From Candidatus Dormiibacterota bacterium (lineage in GTDB: Bacteria > Chloroflexota > Dormibacteria > Aeolococcales > Aeolococcaceae): a stretch of DNA of 64,000 nucleotides. Position numbers and translations under genes: made by a program. The stretch is taken from assembly GCA_963718525.1 (NCBI GenBank), contig OY970355.1:32001-96000 (forward strand), given 5' to 3'. The notes under the pieces were generated by a model that saw only the letters and a list, made by a program, of their open reading frames with translations, was not told where the DNA came from and searched no databases. This document shows, piece by piece, positions 39,812 through 52,362 of the stretch (position 1 is its first letter; each line of letters opens with the position of its first letter).

Positions 39812-40984
39812 TCAGCGCCGCCGAACCTTTCCCAGGGCAGTGCGATCGAGCTGATCGACGATGATCAGTTCACGCGGGAGCTTGTGCCGAGCGATCGTCT
39901 CGGCAGCGTGCTCGCGCAGGGACTCGAGCGTCGGCGGGTCGGAGCGGCGCCGGGGCACCACCCGCACCACGACTCGCTGTCCCCACTCCCGGTCGGGGCT
40001 CCCCGATACAAGCACAGACGCCACGGCGGGGTGGCTCGAGAGGACGGACTCGACCTCCGCCGGCCAGATCTTCTCGCCCCCACTCACGATCACGTCGGCC
40101 AGCCGTCCGTGGACGCGCACCGTTCCATCGCTTCCAACCTCGCCCGCGTCGCCGGTGCGCAGCCAGCCGCCGGGCTCAAACGCGGCAACCGAAGCGGCTT
40201 CATCGAGCCGATAGCCGCGCATCAGCGTCGGTCCGCGAATGAGCAGCTCGCCCCAGCGCGCGGCGCGTACCTCCACCCCGGCAAGCGGCCTGCCGGCGTA
40301 GACGACACCGCCGCACGTCTCGGTCATGCCATAGGTCGCCACGACCCTCACTCCGGCGTCAGCCGCCCTGGTGACGAGGTCCGCATCCATGCCGGAGCCG
40401 CCGACCAGGATCGCCCGGAAGCGCCCGAGATCGGCGCGGGCATCGAGCAGGCGCATGAGCTGAGTCGGGACCAGCGAGGTGAATCGGACGTCGCCAAGCC
40501 GGGTGACGACGGATCGGGTGAGGCGCCGGCGGAACGTGATCGGCGCGCCGAGCAACAGATGACGCTCGGGCACGAGGAGGCCTCCGATGTGCGCAAGGGG
40601 CAGGCAGGAGAGCCACCGGTCCTCGGGGCGCGCATCGATCGCAGCCGCCGACGCTGCGACCGCGGCCTCCAGGGCAAGCGCCGGAAGCTCGGCAAGCCGT
40701 GGCTGCCCCGACGTTCCCGACGTGGCGATCACCACGGCGACGTCGGGGTCGATCGCAATGCCGTCGAGACGGCGAACTCCGTTCTCGTCGGCGATCACGG
40801 TGGGCTGGGAGATGTCGACGAGCGCGGCGCGCTCTGGACCGGACGATCGGAGATCGATCGGAAGAATCGCCGCTCCCACCCGGCGGGCGTGGCGGAGGAC
40901 CGGCAGCCACCCGGCGCCCGGCTTGAGCGCCACGGCCGCAAGGTCGCCTGCACGTAGCGCGCGACGAAGATCGGAAGCGGTCAT
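39812..40984 (-). CDS. menE: O-succinylbenzoate-CoA ligase (short form)
   Basis: [36 protein letters not shown] and ALGK motifs; located in the men cluster. Confidence 0.88.
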   Translation of the reverse strand: MTASDLRRALRAGDLAAVALKPGAGWLPVLRHARRVGAAILPIDLRSSGPERAALVDISQPTVIADENGVRRLDGIAIDPDVAVVIATSGTSGQPRLAELPALALEAAVAASAAAIDARPEDRWLSCLPLAHIGGLLVPERHLLLGAPITFRRRLTRSVVTRLGDVRFTSLVPTQLMRLLDARADLGRFRAILVGGSGMDADLVTRAADAGVRVVATYGMTETCGGVVYAGRPLAGVEVRAARWGELLIRGPTLMRGYRLDEAASVAAFEPGGWLRTGDAGEVGSDGTVRVHGRLADVIVSGGEKIWPAEVESVLSSHPAVASVLVSGSPDREWGQRVVVRVVPRRRSDPPTLESLREHAAETIARHKLPRELIIVDQLDRTALGKVRRR

Positions 40985-41061
40985 CCGCCGAGCGTAGCGC
41001 GACGCCCGTCCCGACCCTGGCGGGCTACCATCGAGAGCGATCGATTCGAGTTCATCGTGAG

Positions 41062-41887
41062 GTGCATGTCATCGTGGAGTGGGTCGCGGCCGGCGAGTGG
41101 GAGGACATTCGCTACGACACCGCGGGCGGCATCGCCAAGCTCACCATCAATCGCCCCGAGGTGCGCAATGCATTCCGGCCCACGACGCTGTTCGAGCTGA
41201 ACTCGGGCCTTCGAGATGGCCCGCGACGACCCGGCGATCGGGGTCATCGTGCTCACCGGCGAGGGAACCAAGGCGTTCTGCTCGGGGGGCGACCAGCGCG
41301 TTCGCGGCGACGACGGCTACCGTGATCCCGCGGGCGTCGGCCGGCTCAACGTGCTCGATCTACAGGTGCAGATCCGGCGCCTGCCCAAGCCGGTCATCGC
41401 CATGGTGGCCGGCTACGCGATCGGCGGCGGCCATGTCCTCCACCTGGTTTGCGACCTCACCGTCGCCGCCGACAACGCGCGCTTCGGCCAGACCGGGCCC
41501 AAGGTCGGCTCGTTCGACGCCGGGTACGGGGCCGGGCTTCTCGCCCGAACCATCGGGCTCAAGCGTGCCAAGGAGATCTGGTTCCTCTGCGAGCAGTACG
41601 ACGCCGCCACCGCCGAGCGCTGGGGACTGGTCAATCGGGTCGTGCCCCTGGACAGGCTCGAGGAGGAGACGGTCGCGATGTGCAACCGCATCCTCGAGAT
41701 GAGCCCGCTCGCGCTCCGCCTGCTGAAGGCCGGCTTCAACGCCGACACCGACGGACTTGCCGGGGTGCAGCAGCTCGCCGGCGACGCCACCCTGCTCTTC
41801 TACATGAGCGAGGAGGCCCAGGAAGGTCGCGACGCCTACGTCGAGAAGCGCAAGCCGGACTTCGCGAAGTTTCCCCACAGGCCGTGA
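41062..41887 (+). CDS. menB: 1,4-dihydroxy-2-naphthoyl-CoA synthase, +1 frameshift near 41205
   Basis: [12 protein letters not shown] in the first frame; [29 protein letters not shown] and EAQEGRDA in the next frame. Confidence 0.95.
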
Positions 41888-42783
41888 TCGCCGAGGCGGC
41901 GCCCAGGCCGGGTCCGCTCGCCGTCTGGTGGATCGGCGCGAGACCGCGAACCCTGGTGGCGGCGATCGTGCCCGCGCTCGTCGGGGCGTCGTGGGCAGGA
42001 CGGAACGCGATCTCGATCCCGCGCTCGTTGCTGGCACTTGTCGTGGCCGTCGCGCTGCAGATCGGCGTGAACTACGCGAACGACTACTTCGACGGAGTCG
42101 GCGGTGTCGATACCGCTGCACGCATGGGGCCGCGCCGCATGGTCGCGTCGGGACTCGCGCCCCCTCGTGCCGTTGCGGCGGCGGCGATCGTGATGGTGAG
42201 CATCGCCGCTGTTGCGGGCATCGTCCTCGCCGTGCTCACCACGCCGTGGTTGATCGCCGCAGGTGCTCTGTCGGTGCTCGCGCTGGTGCTGTACTCGGGG
42301 GGCCCGAGGCCGTATGCGGCAAGCGGTCTGGGCGAGGTCGCCGTCTTCGTGTTCTTTGGGCTCGTCGCAACCTGCGGCACGGCATTCGTTCAGCAGGTTC
42401 GGCTTGATGCGAGCGTGCTCTGGCTCGCGGTCCCGGTCGGGTTGCTGGCGTGCGCGCTCCTCATGGTCAACAACCTGCGCGACATTCCGACCGATACCGC
42501 GGTCGGCAAGCGCACGCTCGCGGTTCGCGTCGGGGCGGAACGAAGCCGGAGCCTGCTCATCGCCACCGTGCTCACCGCGCTCGTGCTCCCGTCGGTCGGT
42601 GCACTGGTGCGTGAGCTCCCGTGGACCGTCGCGGTGACATTGGTGATCCTCCCACTCGCGGTGGGGCCACTCCGGGTGATCCGCACCGCCGAGGGTCGCG
42701 CGCTCGTGCCCGCGCTCATCGGCATCACACGGCTCCAGCTGATCTTCGGTGTCGTGCTCGCCGGGGCGCTGCTCGCATCGTGA
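41884..42783 (+). CDS. menA: 1,4-dihydroxy-2-naphthoate polyprenyltransferase
   Basis: [19 protein letters not shown] and NNLRDIPTD...GKRTLAVR motifs. Confidence 0.95.
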   Translation: MIAEAAPRPGPLAVWWIGARPRTLVAAIVPALVGASWAGRNAISIPRSLLALVVAVALQIGVNYANDYFDGVGGVDTAARMGPRRMVASGLAPPRAVAAAAIVMVSIAAVAGIVLAVLTTPWLIAAGALSVLALVLYSGGPRPYAASGLGEVAVFVFFGLVATCGTAFVQQVRLDASVLWLAVPVGLLACALLMVNNLRDIPTDTAVGKRTLAVRVGAERSRSLLIATVLTALVLPSVGALVRELPWTVAVTLVILPLAVGPLRVIRTAEGRALVPALIGITRLQLIFGVVLAGALLAS

Positions 42784-43637
42784 GGCGGCTCCGCTTCAGC
42801 ATCGCGCTGCGCCACCCGGTGATGGGCGTTACCACGCGCAGCGGGTATCTCATCGAAGGTCCGGCGGGATGGGGCGAGTGCTCGCCGCTGCCGAGCTGGA
42901 ACGAAGCGGAGCGCGACGCGGCCGAGCGGTCGGCACTCGAAGCCGCAACGTTGCCGTTCCCCGCCGCCGTACGCCATCGCGTCGGCGTCAACGCGATGAT
43001 CCCGCGCGTCGCGCCCGACGTGGCCGCTGAGCTCGCGCTCACCTCTGGATGCGGCACCATCAAGATCAAGGTCGGGGACGGCGAGTCGGTCGACCGGGTG
43101 GCCGCGGTCCGTTCCGCATGCGGACCCGCTGTGCGCATCCGTCTCGACGGGAATGGTGCCTGGGATGTCGAGACCGCGCTCCGCATGCTGGCGCGACTCG
43201 CCGTCTATGACATCGAGCTCGCAGAGGACCCCGTCGCATCGCTCGAGGAGCTCGCGACGCTGCGCGGCCGCGCCGGCATGCCCGTGGCGGCCGAATCGTG
43301 CATCAGAACGACGGACGACGCCCGTCGTCTCAACCAGCTCGAGGCCGCGGATGCAATCGTGCTCAAGCCGCAACGCATCGGCGGGGTGCGCGAGGCACTG
43401 CGGGCGGCCGACGCCGGCGGCGTGCCGGCGATCGCGTCGAGTGCTCTCGAAACATCTGTCGGACTCGCCGCGGTTGTCGCACTCGCCGCATCACTGCCCG
43501 ACGCGCCATTTGCACACGGCGCCGGCACGGCGCTGCTGCTCGCATCCGACGTCGTCGCCGACCCGCTCATCCCCGCCGACGGCTGGCTGATACCGCGCAG
43601 ACCATCCGTGGACCAGCAGCTGCTCGTTCACGCATGA
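42780..43637 (+). CDS. menC: O-succinylbenzoate synthase (short actinobacterial type)
   Basis: GWGECSP, KIKVG, RLDGNGAW, EDP, AES, VLKP and SSALETSVG motifs. Confidence 0.9.
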   Translation: MRRLRFSIALRHPVMGVTTRSGYLIEGPAGWGECSPLPSWNEAERDAAERSALEAATLPFPAAVRHRVGVNAMIPRVAPDVAAELALTSGCGTIKIKVGDGESVDRVAAVRSACGPAVRIRLDGNGAWDVETALRMLARLAVYDIELAEDPVASLEELATLRGRAGMPVAAESCIRTTDDARRLNQLEAADAIVLKPQRIGGVREALRAADAGGVPAIASSALETSVGLAAVVALAASLPDAPFAHGAGTALLLASDVVADPLIPADGWLIPRRPSVDQQLLVHA

Positions 43638-45350
43638 CCGATCCCGGCGAAGGCGACATCGCGCTCGCGTGTGTCACGACATTGCTCCACGAGCTCGTCC
43701 GGGGCGGTGTCGAACACATCTGCATGACGCCTGGATCGCGATCAACGCCGATCGCAATTGCAGCGGCTCGTCATCCCGGGATCACCCTGCACGTGCACGT
43801 CGACGAGCGGTCGTCGGCATTCTTCGGACTGGGAATCGCCGCCGCGTCGGGACGGCCGGTGGCGATGTTCTGCACGTCAGGAACCGCAGCCGCAAACCAC
43901 CTGCCCGCGGTCGTCGAAGCGAGCATGGCGCGTGTGCCGATCATCGTGATGACCGCCGACCGGCCCCCCGAGCTGCACGGTGTCGGCGCCAATCAGACCA
44001 TCGATCAGCAGAACCTGTTTGGCGGTTTCGTCAAGTGGTTCTGCGACACCGGCGTGCCTGTTGCAGGTGAATACGAACGTCATCGCTGGTCGCGAATCGG
44101 GGTCCAGGCGATCGACCAGTGCGTCCGCCTTCCTCCGCCAGGGCCGGTGCATTTGAATCTGCCCTTTCGCGAACCGCTGCTGCCGAGCGACAACGCGATT
44201 GACGTTCCCCCGGTTGATGACACGCCCGCCACGCTGAGAGACTCAGCCGCATCGCGCATGCCCGCCTTCCTCCGCGAGGTGAGCACCGGCCACAGGGTGG
44301 CGATGATCGCGGGGCGTCTGCGGGTCGCGCCGTCCGGGCTGGTCGAAGCGTGCGCCGAACGAGGCTGGCCGTTGCTCGCCGAGCCACTTTCGGGACTTCG
44401 CAACGCGGGTCGGGGCGGCGCACTCTCGGCGGGGACGTTGCTCGCCGCCGATGCGGACTTCCGGGAGCGCCACCACCCCGATCTCATCATCCAGGTCGGT
44501 GCGGCTCCAACTTCGCGCGGTGTGCAGGAGTTGGTCCGAAGCGCCGACCGGCTGCTCATCGTCGATCCGGATCAGCTGGTGGCCGATCCCGATCGTCGCT
44601 CCACGCTGACCGTCCACGACGATCCGTCCGACGTCGCGGCTGCGCTGCATGCAACCACGGCGTCACTTCCAGCAACGCGACCGCAATGGCTCGACGAGTG
44701 GCACGAGGCCGATCGAGCCGTGCGCCACGCCGTTGACGCGCTGCTCGAACTCGTGGGACGAGGCCTTCGAGGGACGGGTCGCGCGCGACGTCGCTGCTGC
44801 AATCCCGGACGGCGGGGTGCTCGTTGCGGGATCGAGCATGCCCGTTCGCGATCTCGACATGTACATGCGCCCGCGCGACGGCCTGCGAGTTCTGGCCAAT
44901 CGTGGCGCCAGCGGCATCGACGGCCTGGTGTCGACAGCGTTCGGCGTCGCCGAGGTCAGCGGCCCGACCTACGCGCTGCTCGGCGACCTGTCGATGCTCC
45001 ACGATGCATCGGGGTTGCTCTGGGGCGCGCGACGCGGCCCGGGGGCCGTGCTCGTGGTCGTCGACAACGACGGCGGAGGTATCTTCTCGATGCTCCCGCA
45101 GGCATCGCTGCCGGATGAAGAATTCGAGCTGCTGTTCGGAACGCCGCACGGGCTCGACCTCGAGGCCATCGCACGTGCCGCCGGCATCGGTGTACGCACA
45201 GTCGACCGCGCCGGCGTCGTGATCCCGGCGATTCGCGAAGCGGAGACCTCGGGTGGCGTGCAGATCGTCAGAGTTCGGGTGGATCGCCGGCGCGCGGTCG
45301 AGTTGCGCGCCGAAGTGTCGCGCGCCGTCTCGACCGCGCTCGCCCCCTGA
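43634..45350 (+). CDS. menD: SEPHCHC synthase MenD, +1 frameshift near 44750
   Basis: [36 protein letters not shown] and GPVHLN; the next frame carries [23 protein letters not shown] and NDGGGIF. Confidence 0.95.
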
Positions 45351-45357
45351 GCGGCGC

Positions 45358-46542
45358 TCAGTCCTGGGCCGGCTCCACTCCGAGGGCACGAAGTCCGACC
45401 CCGAACTTCGCCTCTGTCTCGAGCTCCTCCGAAGCGGGCTCCGATCCCGCCACGATCCCGGCGCCGGCGTGGAGCCGCGCGGTCGACCCTGAGACCTCGG
45501 CACAGCGGAGCGTCAACGCCCACTCCCCGTCGCCCTGGGCGTCGACCCACCCCACGAGCCCGGCAAAGAAACGGCGGTCGAAGGTCTCGAGGCGGGAGAT
45601 CAGCGCTGCGGCGGACGCCTGCGGCGTCCCGCAGACCGCGGGGGTGGGATGGAGTGCCGCGGCGATGGTCAGGGCGTCAGGAGCGTCGGGTTTGAGCGTT
45701 CCCTTGATGGCGGTGTGGAGGTGCCAGAGGGTCGCCGTCGAGGTCAAGCCTGCCTCCCCATCGACGGCGAGGTTCGAGCAGAACGGCGCCAGCGCATCTG
45801 CCACCGCCTCGGCCACCAGGCGGTGCTCGCGCTGCTCCTTGACGGCGTTGAGCAGGTGGCCTGCAATCTCACGGTCCCGCGTCCGATCCAGGGATCGCCG
45901 CGCCGTGCCCGCCAGCGGATCGCTGAACACCTTTCGTCCCTTTCGCCGGACGACGAACTCGGGCGAGGCGCCCACCAGGTGCGAGGCGCCTCCGGGAAGT
46001 GCCACGAGGAACACGAACGCTCCGGGCTCTTCGGAGTTGAAGCGCCGTGCGACCAGGCGAGGAGCGATCGGTTCGTCGGCTTCGACGAGCAGGGTTCGCG
46101 CCAGGACCACCTTTTCGACTTCCCCCGCGGCGATCGCCTCGAGCGCGAGCTCGACCGCGGCCTCGTATTCGACGGGGAGCGGTTCGGGCACCAGCGCGGT
46201 GACCGTCCATCCGGGAGGCGGCACACCCTCGCCGCGCGCGGGCACGCCACGGACCACTCGCTCGGGGACGTGCAGCATCGCGTCGCAGCTGCCTGCATAC
46301 GGCAGCGCCCCCAAAGCGATCCCGAGCCCGTGGCTCTCGCCAAGCGCGTCCTGAGTCAGCGCTGCGGCGCGACCCACGTGGTCGGGGCCGGCGCTCACGT
46401 GGATGCCGCGAGACTCACCCGCGGCGGCGAGACCGTACGTTCCGTGCTGGAGCACCACACCCGACCCGTCTCGGTACCACTCGAAAAGGTCGCCGGCGGC
46501 TGCCGTGGCGGGGAGACCCGGCGCAGGGCGGACGGCGCTCAC
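45358..46542 (-). CDS. menF: Isochorismate synthase
   Basis: KVVLAR, GASPE, PLAGT, KEQREH, WHL, LHPTPAVCG, LRCA and AGAGIV..S motifs. GTG 46542 overlaps the menG stop. Confidence 0.9.
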   Translation of the reverse strand: MSAVRPAPGLPATAAAGDLFEWYRDGSGVVLQHGTYGLAAAGESRGIHVSAGPDHVGRAAALTQDALGESHGLGIALGALPYAGSCDAMLHVPERVVRGVPARGEGVPPPGWTVTALVPEPLPVEYEAAVELALEAIAAGEVEKVVLARTLLVEADEPIAPRLVARRFNSEEPGAFVFLVALPGGASHLVGASPEFVVRRKGRKVFSDPLAGTARRSLDRTRDREIAGHLLNAVKEQREHRLVAEAVADALAPFCSNLAVDGEAGLTSTATLWHLHTAIKGTLKPDAPDALTIAAALHPTPAVCGTPQASAAALISRLETFDRRFFAGLVGWVDAQGDGEWALTLRCAEVSGSTARLHAGAGIVAGSEPASEELETEAKFGVGLRALGVEPAQD

Positions 46543-47228
46543 CGTCTGACCCCGATCAGCAGTTGCGCGGCACCCATCCCCAACTGCACCCGCCGGACAC
46601 GAGTGAAGCCGGCATCCGTGAGCAGCCGCACGAGCTCGTGGGGCGGCGGGAGATACGCGGTCGATGCCGGCAGGTATTCGTAGGCGCGACGGTCGGAGAG
46701 CAGCCCACCCACTCTCGGGACGATCCGGCGGAAGTAGAGTGAGTGCATCCGGCGCACAAGGGGGTTCGGCGGCTCCGACACCTCGAGGAAGACGGCGCGC
46801 CCGCCCGACCGGATCACACGCCCGGCCTCGCGAAAGCACTCGGCGATGTCCACGACATTGCGGAGGGCGAAGCCGCTGATCGCTCCGTCCACCGCACCGT
46901 CGCGCAGCGGCAGCCGCAGGGCGTCCGCACGGAGCAGCGGCGCCGAGGTGTGCGCCTTCGCGAGCATGCCCGCGGCCATGTCGACTCCGACGGCACGCAG
47001 CCCGAACCGGCCGGCGAGCCTGCACAGATCCCCGGTCCCGCACCCGAGGTCGACGACGCGAGCTCCGGGTTCCAGGAGGAGCTCGCGCACCGCCCGACGG
47101 CGCCAGCCCGCATCGAGCCCGAGGGTCATGACACGGTTCACCAGCTCGTAGCGAGGCGCGATGCGGTCGAACATCTCCTCGACGGCTCGCGCCTTCCGCT
47201 CGCCGATGGGAAGTTCGGCCGCGGTCAC
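46539..47228 (-). CDS. menG: Demethylmenaquinone methyltransferase (MenG/UbiE)
   Basis: MFDRIAPRYELVN, DLGCGTGD, FALRNV and AYEYLPAS motifs. Confidence 0.92.
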   Translation of the reverse strand: MTAAELPIGERKARAVEEMFDRIAPRYELVNRVMTLGLDAGWRRRAVRELLLEPGARVVDLGCGTGDLCRLAGRFGLRAVGVDMAAGMLAKAHTSAPLLRADALRLPLRDGAVDGAISGFALRNVVDIAECFREAGRVIRSGGRAVFLEVSEPPNPLVRRMHSLYFRRIVPRVGGLLSDRRAYEYLPASTAYLPPPHELVRLLTDAGFTRVRRVQLGMGAAQLLIGVRR

Positions 47229-47337
47229 GAATCCACTCTAACAAGCGCTCCCCACACGGCGAGCCCGATGGGCCCACGGTTCGGCACGGTACGGAGTCGT
47301 TCGCCGCCGACGCGGACTTCGTCTACCCTGGCACCCA

Positions 47338-48111
<774 letters not shown>

Positions 48112-48133
48112 CACCATCCTCCGGCGCTGACCG

Positions 48134-50672
48134 ATGCTCGGCATCAGCCTGCGAAGCCTGCTCTCCCACAAGCTCCGGCTCGCGCTCACCACGATTGCGG
48201 TCATCCTCGGCGTCTCATTCGTCGCAGGCACGTTCATCCTCACCGACACGATCAACGCAACCTTCACGAGCATCTTCGCGACCGCGAATGCCGGTGTTGC
48301 GGTGACGGTGCACGGGCGCCCGATCGCGGGGCAGTCAGGCGGCATCGGCGGCGGTCAGAACCATCCAGTCCCCACCTCGCTGCTCGCTACGGTGCGATCG
48401 GTTCCCGGAGTCCAGAACGCCGTCGGCAGCCTCTTTCGCGAAGGTGCGACGCTGATCGGGCACGACGGCAAGCCGATCGGCGGCAACGGGCCGCCGACAT
48501 TCGGCGCCAGTTGGATCACCGACAGTGCCATCTCCCCGTATCACCTGCGCAGCGGCACGGCCCCGACGCAGGCGACTGACGTCGTCGTCGATGCCGGCAC
48601 CGCGGCCCAGAACGGGCTTGCGGTGGGGCAGTCGCTGCCGATCGTGTTCCTCGGAGGAGTCGAGGAGCACTTCACGATCACCGGCATCGCCGGGTACGGA
48701 TCGTCAGACAACCTTGCCGGGGCAACGATCGCGCTGTTCACCGAATCCACCGCGCAGCGAGTGCTGGAGGGTCAGAACAAGTACGACAGCATCCTGGTCA
48801 GCGCGCAGAGCGGAGTCACGGACGTCGTGCTCAGAGAGCACATCGCGGCGGCGCTGCCCAGCTATGCGGTGGCGGAGACCGGGCAGCAGGCGGCCGCGGC
48901 CGCGGAGCAGAGCACCGAGTTCGACCATCAGCACGTTCATCGGCACGCCACTCCTCGTCTTTGCCTTCATCTCGTTGTTCGTGGGCAGCTTTCTCATCAT
49001 CAACACCTTCAACATTCTCGTCGCGCAGCGCACCCGCGAACTGGCGCTCCTGCGCGCGCTCGGTGCCACGCGAGCCCAGGTGATGACGTCCGTGCTGGTC
49101 GAGGCGGCGGTGACCGGGTTGGTGGCATCGATCCTCGGCTTCGTTGTCGGCATCCTGATTGCGCGAGCTCTGCTGTCGGTCTTCGGCTCGGCCTCGACGG
49201 GCGCAGTGACGTTGCTGCCGCGCACCTTCATCATCGCGGTGCTCGTCGGCACGATCGTCACCGTCATCGCCGCAAGCCTGCCGGCGCGACGAGCGACGCG
49301 CATCGCGCCGGTCGCCGCGCTCGCGGAAGCGCTCCCTGAGACCCAGCCGCTGCCGCGACGCCGGATCGCGGTTGGTCTGGTGATCTTCGTCATCGGGTGC
49401 GCCGCCCTGGTGATCGGACTCTTCACGTCCGCCGGATCCAAGCTGCAGCTCATCGGCGCCGGCTTCCTCGGGGTCTTCCTCGGAGTTGCGCTGCTCGCTC
49501 CGTTGCTGGTCGTGCCGGTCGCGACGGTGCTCGGTTGGCCGGTGGCCCGCATTCGCGGAGCACCCGGGATCCTGGCCGGGCAGAACGCGAGGCGCAATCC
49601 GCGCCGCACGGCGCTCACCGCCGCCGCATTGATGATCGGGCTCGCGCTGGTGACCTGTGTCGCCGTGCTCACCAACTCGGTGCGCGTCTCCACCAACGAT
49701 GCGATCGAAGGCGCATTTCGCGCGGACTTCATCGTGTTCACGCAGGGCCCGGACTTCAATACCCAGGCGGCGCAGGCCCTGCAACAGGACCCCCGCCTCC
49801 GCGATGTCACCGAGGTGCGCGGCACATCGGTGATCATCAAGGGAAGTTCGCAGGGTATCGCCGCCATCGACCCCGCCAACCTCGGCAGCGTCCTCACCCT
49901 GAGCATGGTGTCGGGAGCGGCGTCCTCGATCGCCTCGACGAACACGGCGATCGTCGACTCCACGGAGGCGGTCGCCTCCGGTGTGCACATCGGTCAGCTC
50001 GTGACCTTCAACTTCCCGCAGGGCGCAAACGTCCCCGTCCGTATCGGAGGCATCTATACCGCCAACGCACTGGTGAGCGGGTACGTGGTCTCGCTCGCGA
50101 CGATGGCGCCGAACGTGCCGACGGCGCGTGACTCCATCGTGCTCGCCAACGCCGCAAACGGGGTGTCATCGAGTCAGGCGGAACGGGCGCTCCACCAGGA
50201 TGTGCACGCGTTTCCGCTGTTGATGGCGATGAGTCGCGCGCAGTACCGTACGTTCGTGGGCGCGTCGCTGGACAGCTTCCTCAATCTCATCTACACGCTC
50301 CTGGCATTCGCGATCATCATCGCCGTCCTGGGCATTGCAAACACGCTGATCCTCAGTGTTCTCGAGCGCACTCGCGAGATCGGCCTGTTGCGGGCGCTCG
50401 GGATGACACGCTCACAGACGCGGTCGATGGTCCGCTGGGAGTCGGTCATCATCTCGCTCCTCGGAGCCGCGCTGGGCCTGGCCGTCGGGCTGGGCCTCGG
50501 CGTCGCCGTGAGCGGGTCGTTGGGCGCGCTTGGGATCACCGAGATCGCGGTCCCCGGCGAGAACCTGATCGTCTACGCGATCATCGCGGGAGTGTTCGGT
50601 GTCGTTGCCGCCATCTTCCCGACGATTCGCGCATCACGCGTCGACATCCTTCGCGCAATCACGACCGAGTAG
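48134..50672 (+). CDS. FtsX/MacB-like ABC permease (duplicated domains), +1 frameshift near 48918
   Basis: RLALT..AVILGVSFVAGT in the first frame; QRTRELALLRALGA and ERTREIGLLRALG in the next frame. Confidence 0.9.
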
Positions 50673-50679
50673 GCCTTCG

Positions 50680-51777
50680 TCAGCGCGTTCGCTGCCGCGC
50701 CGCTGCGCGTTCCCAGCGCTGCTCGATGCGCCCGAATCGCCATATGGCGAGCGCCCCTGCCCAGGTGATCACGAACAGCCCGACGATGATGAAGCCGGCC
50801 TCGTTGATGTTGAAGCTCGACATGAAGGCCCAGAACCCACCGGAGAGGTTGAGCTGAGCCGCGAGCAGTCCAAAGATCTCGATGGTGCCGATCAACATCG
50901 CGACCGCAACCGAAAGACCCGTGATCGTGATGTTGTAGTAGACCTTGCGCACCGGCCTCGAAAATGCCCACCCGTAGGCGAAGTTCATGAAGGAGCCGTC
51001 GAGCGTGTCGAGGGTGGCCATGCCGGCTGCGAAGAGGATCGGCAAACTCAGCACCGCGTACCAGGGAAGTCCGGCGGTCGCGGCGCCGGCCGTGGCAGCC
51101 AGGAGCGCCACCTCGGTGGCGGTGTCGAAGCCAAGCCCGAAGAGCACACCAACCGGGTACATCTGCCATGGCTTGCGGATCGAGCGCATCAGCTTGCCGA
51201 AGAACCGTGTCATCAGCCCGCGCGCGTTCAGCTGCTGTTCGAGTTCCTCGTCGTTGTACCGACCGCGGCGCATCTCGAGGAAGACCTTCACGATCCCGAC
51301 CAGGATCACCAGGTTGAGGAATGCGATCAGGTACAGGAAGATGCCCGACACCAGGGTTCCGATGATCCCCCCGAAGGTCGCGACGGTCGAATTCGGGCTG
51401 CTGAGCTGACCGATGATGGCCCGGGCGGCGAACGTCAGCCCGATCCCGAGGCCGAACACCACTGAGGAGTGGCCGAGGGAGAACCAGAACCCGACGGAGA
51501 GGGGACGCTTGCCCTCGGACATGAGCTTGCGGGTCGTGTTGTCGATCGCCGAGATGTGATCCGCGTCAAACGCGTGGCGGAGGCCGAGGGTGTATGCCGT
51601 CACGGCGACCCCGATGCCGAGGAATTTCGAGTGCTCGGGGAGGATGGCGATGATGAACACGCCCCATCCGACGACGTAGAGGCCGATGATGAAACCAGCC
51701 ATGCCGCCCACCCGAGCCCACTCCCGGGGGGTTAGCGCACCGCGGATCCGGGCCAGGCGAGACGCCGTCGCGGCCAT
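50680..51777 (-). CDS. NiCoT (HoxN/NixA-family) nickel/cobalt permease
   Basis: Signature RHAFDADHI, FSLGHS, GLGFDTATE and RKVYYN motifs. Confidence 0.96.
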   Translation of the reverse strand: MAATASRLARIRGALTPREWARVGGMAGFIIGLYVVGWGVFIIAILPEHSKFLGIGVAVTAYTLGLRHAFDADHISAIDNTTRKLMSEGKRPLSVGFWFSLGHSSVVFGLGIGLTFAARAIIGQLSSPNSTVATFGGIIGTLVSGIFLYLIAFLNLVILVGIVKVFLEMRRGRYNDEELEQQLNARGLMTRFFGKLMRSIRKPWQMYPVGVLFGLGFDTATEVALLAATAGAATAGLPWYAVLSLPILFAAGMATLDTLDGSFMNFAYGWAFSRPVRKVYYNITITGLSVAVAMLIGTIEIFGLLAAQLNLSGGFWAFMSSFNINEAGFIIVGLFVITWAGALAIWRFGRIEQRWERAAARQRTR

Positions 51778-51906
51778 GGGCTTCCTCCTCAGGGTCCTTC
51801 CACGTCAGCCGCTTCAGGATATCAAAACGCGACCAGCATGCAACAGCGAACAGCAGCCAGGTGCGTTGTCCAGGCGATGGTGCGCGGCGGCAGCTATTCT
51901 TGGAAC

Positions 51907-52362
51907 ATGAGCAGCACCGTCGATGAACTGGTCGCCCAGCTCAGGGATGGCGGTTCGCGTGTCACGACCGCCCGGCGCCTGGTCCTCACCGCGCTGGTGA
52001 GCGGGGCGCACCATCCGACCGCCGAGGAGTTGCTGGTCGAGGTGCGGACCCTCGCGCCCGACGTCCACGCCTCGACGGTCTATCGAAACCTCGAGGAGCT
52101 CGAGCGGCTCGGGGTCGTGGTGCACACCCATCTCGGCCACGGGCCGGCGACCTATCACCTGGCGACCGAGGCACATGGACACCTCGTCTGTGAGATGTGC
52201 GGAGCCACCCTCGAGGCGCCCGAGGACCTGTTCGAGGCGATGGCTCAGGGCGCAAAGCGCCGCCTCGGGTTCGAGCTCCGCCCGTACCACTTCGCGGTGC
52301 TCGGCGTCTGTGCCGAGTGCGCTGCAAGTGCCCGGGAGGCAAAGGCTCCGTCAGTGGGCTGA
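51907..52362 (+). CDS. Fur-family metalloregulator (possibly nickel-responsive)
   Basis: RVTTAR, HHPTAEE, STVYRNL, HGHLVCEMCG and CAEC motifs; divergent from the NiCoT gene. Confidence 0.93.
   Translation: MSSTVDELVAQLRDGGSRVTTARRLVLTALVSGAHHPTAEELLVEVRTLAPDVHASTVYRNLEELERLGVVVHTHLGHGPATYHLATEAHGHLVCEMCGATLEAPEDLFEAMAQGAKRRLGFELRPYHFAVLGVCAECAASAREAKAPSVG

Noticed and set aside
45358-47277. 639-aa ORF suggesting a MenG-MenF fusion
   Set aside because: MenG is in a different frame with its own stop; MenF starts at GTG 46542, overlapping that stop.
51778-51906. NiCo or cobalamin riboswitch upstream of the NiCoT gene
   Set aside because: The region is short, no conserved riboswitch motifs were recognised, and an adjacent Fur-family regulator is a simpler explanation.
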